Assembly (NCBI GenBank): GCA_027604505.1
Contig: JADIIX010000048.1
Location: 1-64,000, forward strand
From: Gonapodya sp. JEL0774
Lineage: Eukaryota
Length of the DNA stretch: 64,000 nucleotides
Reading direction: 5' to 3'
The notes beneath the pieces are model-generated. The model did no database searches, was not told the DNA's origin, and saw nothing but the letters and a program-made list of their open reading frames with translations. Shown here in pieces: positions 12,901 through 24,930 of this stretch; positions within the stretch are counted from its first letter, which is position 1; every line of letters begins with the position of its first letter. Both the position numbers and the translations under genes were made by a program.

Positions 12901-15900
12901 CGTCAGCGAGGGCTAACGCTTCGTGTAGGAGTCTTATGAGCTCCTCTGTAAAATTGAGTAGATGGGGACGCAGGGACAAACAATACGTTATCGCATCGAT
13001 GTGACCAATCTGCAGAGGAATGGGTAAAGCTCTCAGTGGTTTTGAGAATATGGGGGAGAGAAAGCGCTCCCTAGCTGGGGTAAGCAATTCGGTGATTTCG
13101 GTTCCGGTGAGGTCATACAGTAGTTGAAGAGATGAGTGGATAGTCTCTCTGACAGTGCTGATGCGAGACAAATATTAGCAGCTCGGGGGTGAACCACACA
13201 CAGCGGTCGCAAACAAACCTGTTAGAATGTGAGAGCTCAGTAACTAAAAGACTAATAAGCTGGTTAAACTTGTGTTGCCTCTCCGGTTGAGTGTCGTCCG
13301 CATCGGCAGGTTGGTTACATATTTTCAGCACCTGCGACAAGGTCTGTTTTGCGTCTTCGACATTGCTGTTAGCAAACTCGGAAGTGTCCTTCAAAACGTA
13401 GAGTAATGCTTTAACAAAATCAATTTCATGGTCGTACGTCCACTTGAACCCAAGATCAAGCTGGGAGCTTAGTACTGAAATTCCCCAACATCCACCACTC
13501 TTTCGGTACCACTCTTGCTTGCAGCAGTATAGGCAGAACCGAAGAGCAAGAGATTTAAACACAGGTAGCTGGTCGACGGCAGCTTTGTGGCCAAGGAGCG
13601 CAGAGAGGGCTGTGTCATAAAACAGCTTGAGAACGCTCGTACCTATCTTCCGCATTTCCTTGTTCTCTGAAGTCATGACATCAACGAAAGACTCGACGAA
13701 CGCTTCCGTTTGAGGCGCTGCAGCGTCCAAATCTATCTCAAGGTTAGAAGGACCGTGATTCTTCTTCCCAAGAGTCAGGGATCTTAAAACTTTCTCCTCG
13801 ACGTGCAGTATCGCAAAATGCCGAACCACATTCTCTAGTAAGGGCAAGGCATGTTTTCGCAGCTCCTCGACGCCTGCAGCTAGCAGAAGTCCCGTCATCA
13901 CTTTCGTAACAATCCGCTCCTGTGCTTCCCTCTGACTGCGAGTCATTCCTTGATTAGGGGAAACTCTTGGGTCACTTGGATCTGGAGCCGGCGCAAGCAC
14001 ATCTTGTGTGTCAATTTCCATTCCGTCTCCCGAGATAACCTCATCCCTCCCTTCTGCCCCGCTCGTGGAGAAAGTCGAAGATTTCGCTTCCAAGGAGAGC
14101 AGATATCGTGCGACTGCATTTGACATTCTGAAACCAGTGTCCTGGTCACCACCGTCAGTGCTGAATACGAGGGACAAGCACCCCTTGAGAAAATTAAATG
14201 CCTGACAGAGCCCAGCAAATTAATCTCAACGCACGTTCAACACCTTGGCAAGCAAAACCTAGTTGCATACCTGCTCTTTGTAAAACCCGGAGTTCTCTCT
14301 GTAGTGTTGCAACGAAGGAATGTGTTCTTTCGACATCACTTGGTTGTTTAAGACCCGCAGTGCAAGATCGAGGACCGCATCAATGTTGAGCATTTCGTCC
14401 TTACTCGAAGGTAATGAACTAAAGTTCTGTCCAAGATCAAACTGAAGTCCGATTGTGAGGCCATAAATATCAGAATATGGCTTCTGCCTGAGAACCGCGG
14501 GATCCTTCAAGATACGTCGGTTTCTACCACCCAATTTTCCAAGAATCCGGAGAGTTGCGTGGCTATGACTGGGGTTATAAGGTGTGGGGCGAAGATGTCT
14601 AAAAAGCGCTTTCATCAGTTCGTTGATTATGGGTTGAAGAATCGGATCCAGGAATTCGTGTGTTAGATTGTCGATGCAGAGTTCAAGAGTGCGAAGGCCC
14701 TGGCTGACGAGCTCATTGCTTCCAAGGGCGAGTACGAGAGGCTTCATCAAAAAGTTTAAGTAAGGAAGCAATACCGACAACCGAACCGGGACGGTCAAAC
14801 AAAGTTCCACGAACAAATCTCGCATTGGACTCTTCTGCGAGTTCGCAAGAAGATTGTTCAAAACCTCCAGTAGCTCTTGCAAGAGAGGCAAAACCTCCTT
14901 GTATAGTAATTCGAATCGGCCCCCTCCAATGCTCCGAAAAAGTTGTCGCAACAAGATAAAGTAATTGATTGGTTCTTTGGCATTCCCTGCCATTTTCAGA
15001 CAAGTTCGGATTATGTTTCCCAGGTGCGGCTTGGTGTACACGGTGGACATTGAGAGTAAGATGGGTGTTTCAGAATCACAACGCAAAACAATGAAGCAAA
15101 CCTGAAGAACAATCTCATTTTTATCAGGAAAAACAGTGACGGCCATGAAGATAAGCTTGAACAGTCGAATCATAACAGATGCTTTAGGATCCCCTGCTCC
15201 GATGAGGTCCATACGATCGACAAGAAATCGGACGAGGATTCCCGAAAAGCTCGGTGATGGTCCAGCGTTCAGGAGGAAAAAATGAGGGAGTGCCAGGAGG
15301 GTTGTATTGATGGAGATTTGGTCCACCAGGAATCCAATATTGCATGAAAGAACCTCCAGGAAGATGGGTGCTTCAACGTGAGTGAATATGCTTGCAAATG
15401 CCTCCAGGACCTCTTTCTCGTCTTTCACCGTGGCTGCATTCGCTTGCACTTTCTCACCCGGCCTGGTCGATGTGCCGTCCGACCCCTCCATAAGGAAAAG
15501 TTCGAAACACTTAATTCCATCTTGGAAGATCTGCAAAAATATCCCGACCTCGTTCTCTGAAAAGCCGCGAGCAACACTGTTCCACGCTTCTTGCTCGCTC
15601 TGGGACTGGAGATGTTCTGGTGGATTCGGGTTGCTGTTTCGAATTGCTAGCAAGATCGTTTTAATTCCGGTGACGAGGTTCCGGAAGAGGAACTTCATCT
15701 CTGAATGTGAGAGTATGTGGGGATTCGCACAATTTCAATCCGTATGAAAACCAGAGGGAGCAAATAAGAATAAAAGTTGTTAAACGCACCTTTCACCACA
15801 TCATTCGAGGAGTCAAATGGACCTTGATAAGACTTGATTGGATGCAAAAATTCGAGTTCCAGGAACATATCAGGTTCCGGCACGAATGGGTCGTCCTCCG

Positions 15901-17992
15901 GCTTTTTGTTCGAGAGATTACGCCTACGGATGTTGTATTTCATGATCAATGGAAATGCGACGCTAATTGATGAGAGCTTCGTGGCAAAAGCGTCGAGGAT
16001 TTTTATCAACAATTTTCTCCCTATGTCATCGCCAAGACAGAACACTGAGAGAAACACTTCGTTCCGCGTAAATTGGGAACAAATGACGCACCCTCTTCCT
16101 TGGTTGGTGAGTTCTTGTCGATACAGTCAATTAAATTCAACAACAATTTGGAGCACATGGTCTGTATCTGTGGCGCAAAACTGAAGTCGTGCATATTGCG
16201 AGCGTACGTGTATACAATATGTGAGAGTTGCGTAGGCGAAAGCTCCATGCGGACGTGGTGAAGTAGGTCCGCAAGGAAGCTATGAGCTAGTGGCCTGCAC
16301 GGTGACCAACCTGTTGCACTCGGAGCACGGACGCAACCAGTGATAATGTGTCCTACCTCAGAATTTCTCGTGAAGTAACACCAGTTCCGACGACGACCTT
16401 CTCGTTGAGCAGTGTATCAATCCGTGGCACGAATGACGAGCGAAACTCGCTGGCCCATATGTGTCGAGTCGCCACGAGAAGTTCCTGCGTGGATTTCGTT
16501 GATTGTTAGCGATTTCGGTATAACTTAACCAGATGTGGTGCCAACGTCTGGATGGGTGCACGAGCAGAAGCTGCTCACCTTTCTGATCGTGGACATTTCC
16601 GGGGGGCAATCCTTCATCAAAGCCATGACACCGTCTGCAATTTTCGACTGGTATGGTTTCAACTGTGCGATGTAATTGCGCATGATGTACGCGATAAACG
16701 ATATGGTCTAGGAGTCAAGCGCCCAAAATATGCTCAGGTGATCTTTGAGATCAAAAGTAATCATTATACGAGAACCAATAAACCCACCTTTATTTGCATG
16801 CTCTTAAACTCTCCGTAAGCTCCTCGATTGCGAATGTTCGGGCTAACACCGACAAAAATATCACCCTTTTCGGCCGCCTCATCATGCGCTGTCCGTTGCG
16901 CGGAAGGTTGGAGGGCAAGCACCTGCCATGCAAAGAGCGAAGTTACGAGATGACAACCCCAAAAGCAAGGAATTCAAAGAGACAAGGAGGCGTTACACAC
17001 GTCGATGATTAGCGGCACAAACAGCCCAATCGTGTTCGCAGTCATCTTTTTGTACACCTGAAGCAGCATAACAATGTTGATCGGGCACTCTTTGAGCACC
17101 TTGAAGCTGTACAAGCTACGGGCCACCCAGCTTGGCTTATCGCGGTCCCGGTCAGAAAGACGATGATAGCCGAATATAACGTCAGATTCCCCAGGTGAGG
17201 AGCCAGATACATTCTGCGGGTTTGTCCCCAATGGTGGAGGCTGAATGGGTTCGGCGACAGTTCCGGAACGAATGATATTGATCACACAGCATGGCAAACA
17301 TGAATATAACATCCCAATTTGAATAGAGAATTTGCCCACCGCAAGAAAACATCGACACTCGCCTCTGGGCTACTTGGGTTCCACGTGATGTCAAACGTGT
17401 CGTTAACGGCTACCTCCATGTTCTTGTACATGACATGAACAACATCCAGAAGGGGCTGAACCTCATCTTCGAGAGCTTGTCTGTATGTCTTATGCATTTC
17501 CACAAGAGTGCGGAGACATATGGCGGCGTTGTCCTCGTTATCGTGCTGGAGGACCACCAGTAGTGTCTGAGCTATCCTCAGGGCATGATCCTTGAATGCA
17601 TCATGAGGGGGAAATCGCGAAAGTACTTCTAGCGTCTGATTCCGAAGTCTATGTACATCGGTGTTGGAATTGATGGTAGGTGTGGTTTCGTTCAGGATGG
17701 ATTCGAATGCTGGGATTAGCACCGTGAGCAGGGCCTGATAGTCAGCTGTTTGAAAGAGCTCAAGCGATTCCTTGATACCGGCCACAATTCCCAGCTTCAA
17801 CGATATCTCTTCAAGTTATTTTAATAATGTTTTCAGCGGAAAATATAGTGAGTCACGATTGTATAGTAAAGTGAGTAGTGAGCTCTGAGAACGCATCCTT
17901 GCGAGTTTCTACCACTCACCGAGCGAAGGGTCTAACAGCTCATTCGCCGCACCCGTCATCTCGGCGGTCGAAGTAATTCGAGCTGATACCAT
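3957..17992 (-). CDS. TRA1: Transcription-associated protein Tra1/TRRAP (PIKK pseudokinase of SAGA/NuA4), multi-exon
   Basis: ATG at 17992 (MVSARITS). HEAT-region motifs [22 protein letters not shown] and [17 protein letters not shown]-region motifs [24 protein letters not shown] and [19 protein letters not shown]. Kinase-like [12 protein letters not shown] and FATC end [16 protein letters not shown] at 3957. Confidence 0.97.
14185..14355. repeat. Source copy of a ~170-bp local duplication (TRA1 exon-intron-exon segment)
   Basis: Aligns in direct orientation with 18284-18468. Core 14228-14315 vs 18327-18414 differs at 5 of 88 positions. Confidence 0.9.
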
Positions 17993-18283
17993 GATGCTGA
18001 GGTGATGTTGGTGCAGAGGTGAAGAAGCAGACGAATCTGTCCAGTGAGACACCCCAGAACGGGCAGCGGTCGATCAACCCAGCACAGCGAGTAAGTAAGG
18101 GACCGCAAAACCGGGGGAATGCTGAGTTAGTGGATCGATGTGTCCATCACGGTTTGTATCGTGCGAGGTCCACCTGAAGCGTGCGCATCCACAGCACATT
18201 CCGCCAAAATGAACTGACTTCAGTTGTCTTGTTTCAATCTCAATATCACAGCTGAGCACTAAAGAAGCGAAATGCACTTTTTA

Positions 18284-18468
18284 TTGAGAAAATTAAATGC
18301 CCGAAGAGACCAACAAAATTAATGAGAACGCACGTTAAACACCTTGGCAAGCACAACCTAGTTGCATAACTGCTTTTTGTAAAACCCGGAGTTCTCCCTG
18401 TAGTGTTGCAACGAGTGTTGCAACGAACGAAGGAATGTGTTCTCATCAGTACTGGGTTGTGCAAGACC
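18284..18468. repeat. Degenerate duplicate of the TRA1 internal segment 14185-14355, in the TRA1/NDUFC2-like divergent intergenic region
   Basis: Shares TTGAGAAAATTAAATGCC, CACCTTGGCAAGCA, CCTAGTTGCATA and TTTGTAAAACCCGGAGTTCTC with the source. Both splice sites are mutated and GTGTTGCAACGA is tandemly duplicated. Confidence 0.85.
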
Positions 18469-18533
18469 TCGCTTGGTGGCCTCGCGTCCCTCACCTCCTG
18501 TACAGCACGCATCATCCCGCCCATTTCCCATCT

Positions 18534-19082
18534 ATGGCAGAACGCAATACCACGCTTTATCTTGCGGCTTGGGGGGCCACAGGGGTGTGTTTTTTTACTC
18601 TGCCAATTCTCCCATACCATCCAATACTTGTTTCCCCCTCCAATCACTGACACCAACATCCCTCCCTCCATCCAATGCCATCCCGTTGATTAGGTCTTCG
18701 TGCGTGCATTTTCGCTTGCATTGCAACGGAGACCCTACTTTGAGGGTTCGTAGCCTTGAAAACTCCCCTTGGATGGCATTCACTCACTGTCCGCCCTCAC
18801 TCTGTCTTACTCTATATCCACGCTACATTCGCTCTTGAACCCTCTTCATTCTGTCAACTCAACGGTGCATGTCTTGATTCTGTCCGAAAATGCGTATGTG
18901 CCATCATCTCAGGACCACACACTCACGTCCTCTCCGCAAGCGCAGCTGTGCTCCTCGGTTATAATATCCGCTCCTACCGTGAGAAACAACTGGCCAGATT
19001 GGATGCTCAGCGCCTTCGTCTGGTGGAGCGACGGGCAAGAACAGCAGGAGAGGCTGGTGAAGCCCATCATGCAACCCACTAG
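18534..19082 (+). CDS. NADH-ubiquinone oxidoreductase 14 kDa subunit (fungal NDUFC2/B14.5b-like)
   Basis: Exons 18534-18584, 18694-18745 and 18913-19082 give MAERNTTLYLAAWGATGVFVRAFSLALQRRPYFEGPHTHVLSASAAVLLGYNIRSYREKQLARLDAQRLRLVERRAR.... This fits the family pattern W..G..VR...L....RP.F...GY......Q...L......L..RR. Confidence 0.8.
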
Positions 19083-19352
19083 GGTGGAACGATTCGATGT
19101 TAAGACTACCGTGTTCGCTCTGAACTCCTGGACAAATCTGTCGAATGGATTGCCCATCTCTGAAGCTCCGTTTGGTTGGGGTCGATGATGTAATCACGAA
19201 CTTATGCAGTAGCAAACAATAGCAGTGGCAAATGAGAGCATTCACCTTACACTGAATATCACATTTTGCCCGTCCCCGTGAGCAGGTTCTCACTTCTATC
19301 CTCAAACTGCCTCTCCTTTATCCGTTGCTCGAGGTTGGTTGCACCGGAAACA

Positions 19353-22200
19353 ATGAGCCAAACTCCCAACACGCCTCACCACAGTAGACCTCCAACGAAT
19401 CTGTTTAGTACGACCTCACTTGCTGCCGAGAGTTCCTTCGCTCCACAGCCTCTCTCCTCGACCCCCGCGGATGTGCCCAACGGATCTCTGGCAGACGCCC
19501 TCGCCGAAGCGATCGGCGACGATGAGTTTCCAATGATTGGATCTGTGCAAAACTCAGCGGAGGCCGTTTCTCGACCTGAGGAGCTTGTTTTGTCGGCAGC
19601 GGTTGGGTCTCCAGTGGGGCTGCTAGACACCACGACGGCGTTGTCATCCCAGCACTTAAACGCTCTGCCCGCGGCTGCCCGTTTTGTGACGGACACAGCC
19701 ACCCTCATTGAAAGGCTCGATGTTGTTCGCCTCCTCCTAGAATCCCGTCGACCCATCGCCGTCCCTGCGCGCGTTGCACGGGAACTCGCCGGCATGGCCC
19801 GACTGAACGACGCCGCCGCCGCTACCGCTGTATCCTTCATTCAGCACGAAGCGTTTACTCGACGATCGTGGGTGACGGGAGCGGGTAAGCGGGATGACGT
19901 GTCGCTGCTCAAACGTACGTTTGTCAGCTCAAGCAAGCCCAGTGCGGACGAAGCAGCGAGAGAGAGGGACCCCGCCGCGCAGAAAGGCTTATTCCTCCAG
20001 TATCGCTCGCGTGTACTTCAAAAATGGGACGCTATGATGGCAGAAGACGCGAGTGTGCCCACCGAAGATGCCATTCTGGAGGTATGCCTTAACACCGGGT
20101 CAAGTGGTCCTTCAGTAGCAGGGAGCACGCGCAGTCTCATTGGAAATGGAAACAATAACGCCATCCAAGACTTTCAAAGGTCCCGGTCGCCCTCACCTGT
20201 GTTCCTTCTCACTAGGGATAAACGGCTACTCCAGAAAGCAAAAGTCAAGGGGATTACCACCATCGCCCCAGAAGATCTCGCTCGCCTCCTCCACGAGACT
20301 CAGCTACAATCCCAGTCTGTAGAACGGGCTCAGTTGTCCTCCACTGCTCCGCCCGAAGTCTTGGTGCCTGCAACAGTCGCTGTCTCGCCATCAACCATTC
20401 AACAGAGTCAAACAACAACCACCGCCGTCACAACGCAAGCCACTGTCACCACCCGTCGCGTATTCGGGCGACTGGAACGCCCACCATCTGTTGCGTCTGA
20501 TTTGTCGCAGACCAGTGACGGAGACAGTTTGGTCACTGCTCCCGAATCACAATCTCCGCCTGAGACCTTCACGAATTCTGGCGAGCAAAAGAGGTTAGGA
20601 TCTGGTGGTGGTGGACCGAGTGACGCAATCAAGGGTCGTAACCGGTCCGGTTCACGGGACAAACGGCGCCCCTCCTTCGCGTCGGCGAGGTCCATTACCA
20701 CTGGAGAATTCTTCACTCCCTTCTCCATGACACCACTCGCCCCACCAGATGATGAAACACCGTCGGCCACGTCTCTCACCTCTTCCGACCCTACTCGAAC
20801 GCCCACGGATGCTGATGGTCGTGATACCGTCACGAGTTCTCCCCCAGTGGTGCCCACTCCCCAATCATCGCCGCCAAACAGACCCCCCGAACCCTTCAAA
20901 CCCACCACGACTGTCTCAGAACCTTTCTCTCTCGCCGCGCTCACGTCCTGGCTTCCTCCCGCACCGGTATTTTCAGCCTTCGACGTATTTGGCCTGCACC
21001 ACCCGTTACCACCATCGCCCAGCCGACCCTTGTCATCGACGAACTCAAGTCCATCGACTCCTGCTGGACTGAGGACCCTGCGAGCGTGGACGCCTGTTCT
21101 TGCACAAGGCGATTCAAGTCTCGGCAAGGAAAACGTGAAAGAATCCACTCTTGATACAGAGAAGGATGTCGCGCGAGAAAAACTGGAGCGGCATGGGTTT
21201 GTGACCGTGCACGATGGAAGCCGGGGAAGCGGGGACGGTGAAGGAACGGTCAGGGGTCATGGGGACGGGCGCAGTCAGGATCTGTTGACGCAGTTGAAGG
21301 GGATTGAGACGGTGGGTTGTGGATGTATGTGTATTGTGTTTTGGTGGTGTGTTTGCTCCTCTCTTGTAACTCTTGCCGACCATTTCTCGTGTGTGTCTAG
21401 TTCGACCCAATCCTCCGACCACAGACCCAGAGCCCGCTCTCCTTAACGAGTTTCTTCCGTGCAGCCGCTGGGACTCCGGCATCCATACAAGAGGAGTTAC
21501 CATGTGAGTTTTTGGGCCGAGGTCTCGGAGTTGTTCTGGGGAGGCTCCCCAGAACACTTCGACGCGTGTGTCAGGGGGATGACCGGTTGCATCCACCACG
21601 CAACTGACGACCGAAACGAACTTCCATTTCTGTCTCGCCAGTTACGCTCGATCCTGAACCCCTCATGAACATTGTGGCGGGCGTGCAGGCGCATATGAAG
21701 TCATGTGCGGAAGTGGTATCGGCGGATCAAGTGCGTGTGGTTGTGACGATTGTGTAGCCCCAACGGACCCCCGTACCACCGTTTTCCGCGATCCCTCTAC
21801 CCCCCACCACACCCACAAGACGACTCTGATGACTGTTCTCACCGACACCTCGATCCACACCACGAAGCTATCCAACTCCATCTCCTCCCGCGTCACGACC
21901 GCGCGGAACCACGCCGTGTCCCTTGATTCTCTTTCAAGTCTTCGTACGCACGCGAGCAAGACGCGTTCCCTGGTGGAGCGTGTCCTCTCCGAAGTGGAAA
22001 AATGCGAGCGGTTGTTGCCCGAGCACGAGCGGATGGCGCTGGTGGACGGGGGAGGGAGGTGGGCGAAGCTGAGGGAGCTGGTCTCAGGGGAGCACGTGGT
22101 GGTGGTGGAGGACGGGCGAGGGGGGGAACAAAGGGCTCATGGGGAAGTGATGTCGTTTCCGGCGGTTGTGGGGGCGTGGATGGGATTGGGGAGTAGCTGA
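19353..22200 (+). CDS. PIN-domain (SMG5/6/Swt1-type) ribonuclease fused to a BORCS5/LOH12CR1 (myrlysin) domain
   Basis: Exons 19353-21311, 21401-21503, 21642-21730 and 21820-22200 join in frame. PIN motifs: FVTDTATLI, IAVPARVARELAGMA, TEDAILEVCL, VFLLTRDKRLLQKAKVKGI. BORCS5 motifs: DLLTQLKGIETFDPILRP, TLDPEPLMNIVAGVQAHMKSCAEVVSADQ, CERLLPEHERM. Confidence 0.8.
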
Positions 22201-22827
22201 TGTTAATCTGGGTCCCCGCTAGAAATCCACGAAGGCGTTGGTTGACTTTTGCTCTTCGTTTTTTGAGATACCCTGCCATCGCTTGGTTTTACTTGTCGTC
22301 CTGCGATGTGTATAGAATCGAATTGGTTCGAGGAACATTCACGAATGCCATTTGTGGTCGACAGCGGGAGTTACAACGAAAGAGGAAGGAGGGAGGCGCA
22401 CACCGTCGTGAGCACGGGGAAAATGTACATCAAGACATATACATATGATAGTTGTTTGCCCGTCTGTATGGACTTTTGGGTATCACTTTGCTTGTCAATA
22501 TTTCACCTTCACTGTTCGTGCAGACACCACGGAAAAGCCCCCGCGCGGCCGCCGCCACCACTGGTGTGGGCATGCGCATAGGATCTGCCCGTGCCAGTGC
22601 CAGTACCTTTTGTCTGTGTGGTTGGTGTCGGCGAGATTACGCTTGAAATTGGTGGAGGTGGTAGGTGATGGGTGAGCAGAGGGTGCCTTCCTTATGCAAG
22701 CGAGCACAGTCCCTGGTCAGGAAGGTGAAGTTTGATGTTGTGAGAATGAGCTGGGTCACCGGTTATAGAGGACGTTACGTGGAGGGGTGAGAGGAGTGAG
22801 GGGCTGTGACTGGGACTGAGCCTGAGA

Positions 22828-23330
22828 TTAGGAGGATGGATCGCCAAAAATTCTGAGTCTTGCGTTGGCGTAAGCGATTTCGCGTTCTGCGAGTGTCATG
22901 GGCTGCCTTGGTGGCGGGGGTGCGGTGGACGTCGTGGACGTGGATGGGTGGTGGGATTGGGCGGGCGGGGGAGAAGGAGAAGCCGGAGTGCGAGTGGAAG
23001 AGGGCGCGGGGTCGCGCTTGAGGAGGGAGACTTGTTTCTGTATTTGGAACGAGGGAAGATTTGGGTTTGAAGGGACGACGGTGATTGGAGCGCTTTGAGA
23101 GGGAGGGAAGAGGAGGAAGAAGGGGATACAAAGAAGCGCGATGAGAGGGCGGGGAAAGAAGAGGGGAGGAATCGGAGAGGGAACAAAGCGTACATTGACT
23201 GGGCGAATGAGATATTAGAATAATTTGGTGGTTGCTGTTGCGTCTGGATTTTGTTCTTGGACGGAGTTATTTGGATTTCTGGTGCGTTTTCCCAGTCCTC
23301 CATGTTGTCGCTGTCAGTGGAATCGGACAT
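22828..23330 (-). CDS. SUZ-domain protein (SZRD1-like), 133 aa
   Basis: Exons 23330-23194 and 23092-22828. Acidic N-terminal EDWE motif, then SLLKRDP and TLAEREIAYANARLRIFG, the SUZ signature (LKR...EERE..Y..AR.RIF). Confidence 0.8.
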
Positions 23331-23965
23331 CGTCTGTTGTGTGGGAGGGAGACTGGAAGTTTCCCACGGAGTGCGTGTTCGGATGCTGGCTGTGGCATCC
23401 TCGTGAGCGGGACCAGAGAACCACAAATTACACAAATTTCTGCTGATGTGTCTGATTTGATAGATCCAATTCCGGGATGAACATAGGAAACAGTTGTGGC
23501 CAGCTAATTAACAATATCGTATCTTAGCACTCCCGTAGAAATGAAAACGTAGCTGCAATCTCCGTCCCACCTGAACACTGTTCACTTTTGGCGCACCCAT
23601 CAAAGAGCATTGCGCTCAAGATGACCAATTTTGTTGGGGCTGAAGCACATCCTTCAAAACTGACCAAATTATGTGGACTGATGGGTGGCTTGCCAGTGGA
23701 ACGACATATTAACCCAACCTTTGTACTCTGGAGGGAATTGATCATTGACAAATGTGGCCATGGAGAAAACATTGAGTTTTGGAACGGACTAGAGAAGTTC
23801 CTCAGAATGTTAAAGACGTGCTGATGAAATGTTATGCCTCAATGAACGTGTGAAGAGTGTCAATGACGACACATATTGTGGAGAGAGCCCCACCTTAAGT
23901 CGACCTCCGTCTCAAATATACAAGAAAGCCTCCGTTCCTTCCGCGATAAAAAAGCTTAACGTATC

Positions 23966-24926
23966 ATGCTCTTAGCAGGAGCCAGATCAACAGTGAGAGC
24001 ACCCTTCACTCAATTGCGTCACCCAACACTTCCCCCCCCCGTTAATCCCTCGTCCGCTGATCCACCTCAGAAAGCACACCAAAGGCGACACAGGACGAAA
24101 TCCGGCCACAGGATGCTCTATGATGAGCAGGTTGCACCCTCACCTGCCTCAGAACCGCGTTTGACCACTGGGACTCGCTCCTCAAGAGGCGTCGTGGTCC
24201 GTGAAGACACTCTCCATTCGTACAGAGGAACCATGACAAGTACACTAGCAAGGCTGAGTTCGGATGACGAAGAGGATGATAGTGAAGAGGGGTTTTTCAG
24301 GCAAGCTGCCCCGAATGCCAACCGATCTTCAATCCAATGGTGACATCTTGTGAGCACTCATTTGAGTATTCTTTTGTGTTTGTTTTGCACACAGGTCCCA
24401 GCCTTCCAATTATTTTGGGAGGCGGGGAGAAACGTGGGAACAGCGACACCCAAATCTGGCAGAACCCGACGAAAAAGATCAGGAGAGAAGGGATGCGGAA
24501 CAAAAGCATCGTACAGAACGACTCAACAGGAGAAGGAATGAGGGTGAGCGGTGGGAACAGGAGCGATGGGAACGTGATCAGAGGGCAATGAGGAATGCGG
24601 AGCAGATGCGGGTGGAGAGAAGCGTGAGAGGGGAGAGGGGCAGGAAAAGGGAGAGAGAGTCCGAATCTGAGTGGGAGAGGGACACAAACGAGCACGAGAG
24701 GAGAAATAGGGAGTGGGAGAGGAAGAGGGAGAGGGAGAGGGAGGAGCAGAAGGTGCGGGAGAGGGAGAGGGGGCGAGAGGGCGAGGGGGCGAGAGGGCGA
24801 GAGGGCGAGAGCAGGAGCGAGAGGGAGGAGCGGAAGGAAAGGGAGTGGGAGTGGGAGAAGGAGAGGGAGAGGACAGAGTGGAAGGAGATGGAGATGAGGA
24901 GGGAGGAGAGAGACGAAGACGAGTGA
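23966..24926 (+). CDS. Hypothetical protein with a Glu/Arg-rich C-terminal charged helix
   Basis: ORF 23966-24339 splices (GT 24340..CAG 24394, strong pyrimidine tract) in frame into 24395-24926, encoding WSQPSNYF...REREWERKRERERE.... The start could instead be the ATG at 24114. Confidence 0.5.
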
Positions 24927-24930
24927 GAGG
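24610..24930. repeat. Purine-rich GAGAGG/GAGTGG-type low-complexity tract
   Basis: Sequence is almost entirely G/A with repeated GAGAGG units. Confidence 0.85.

Noticed and set aside
23480..23880. Short ORF 23588-23824 with a repeated AHPSK motif
   Set aside because: The listed start is TTG, the product is not recognisable, and splice support is unclear.
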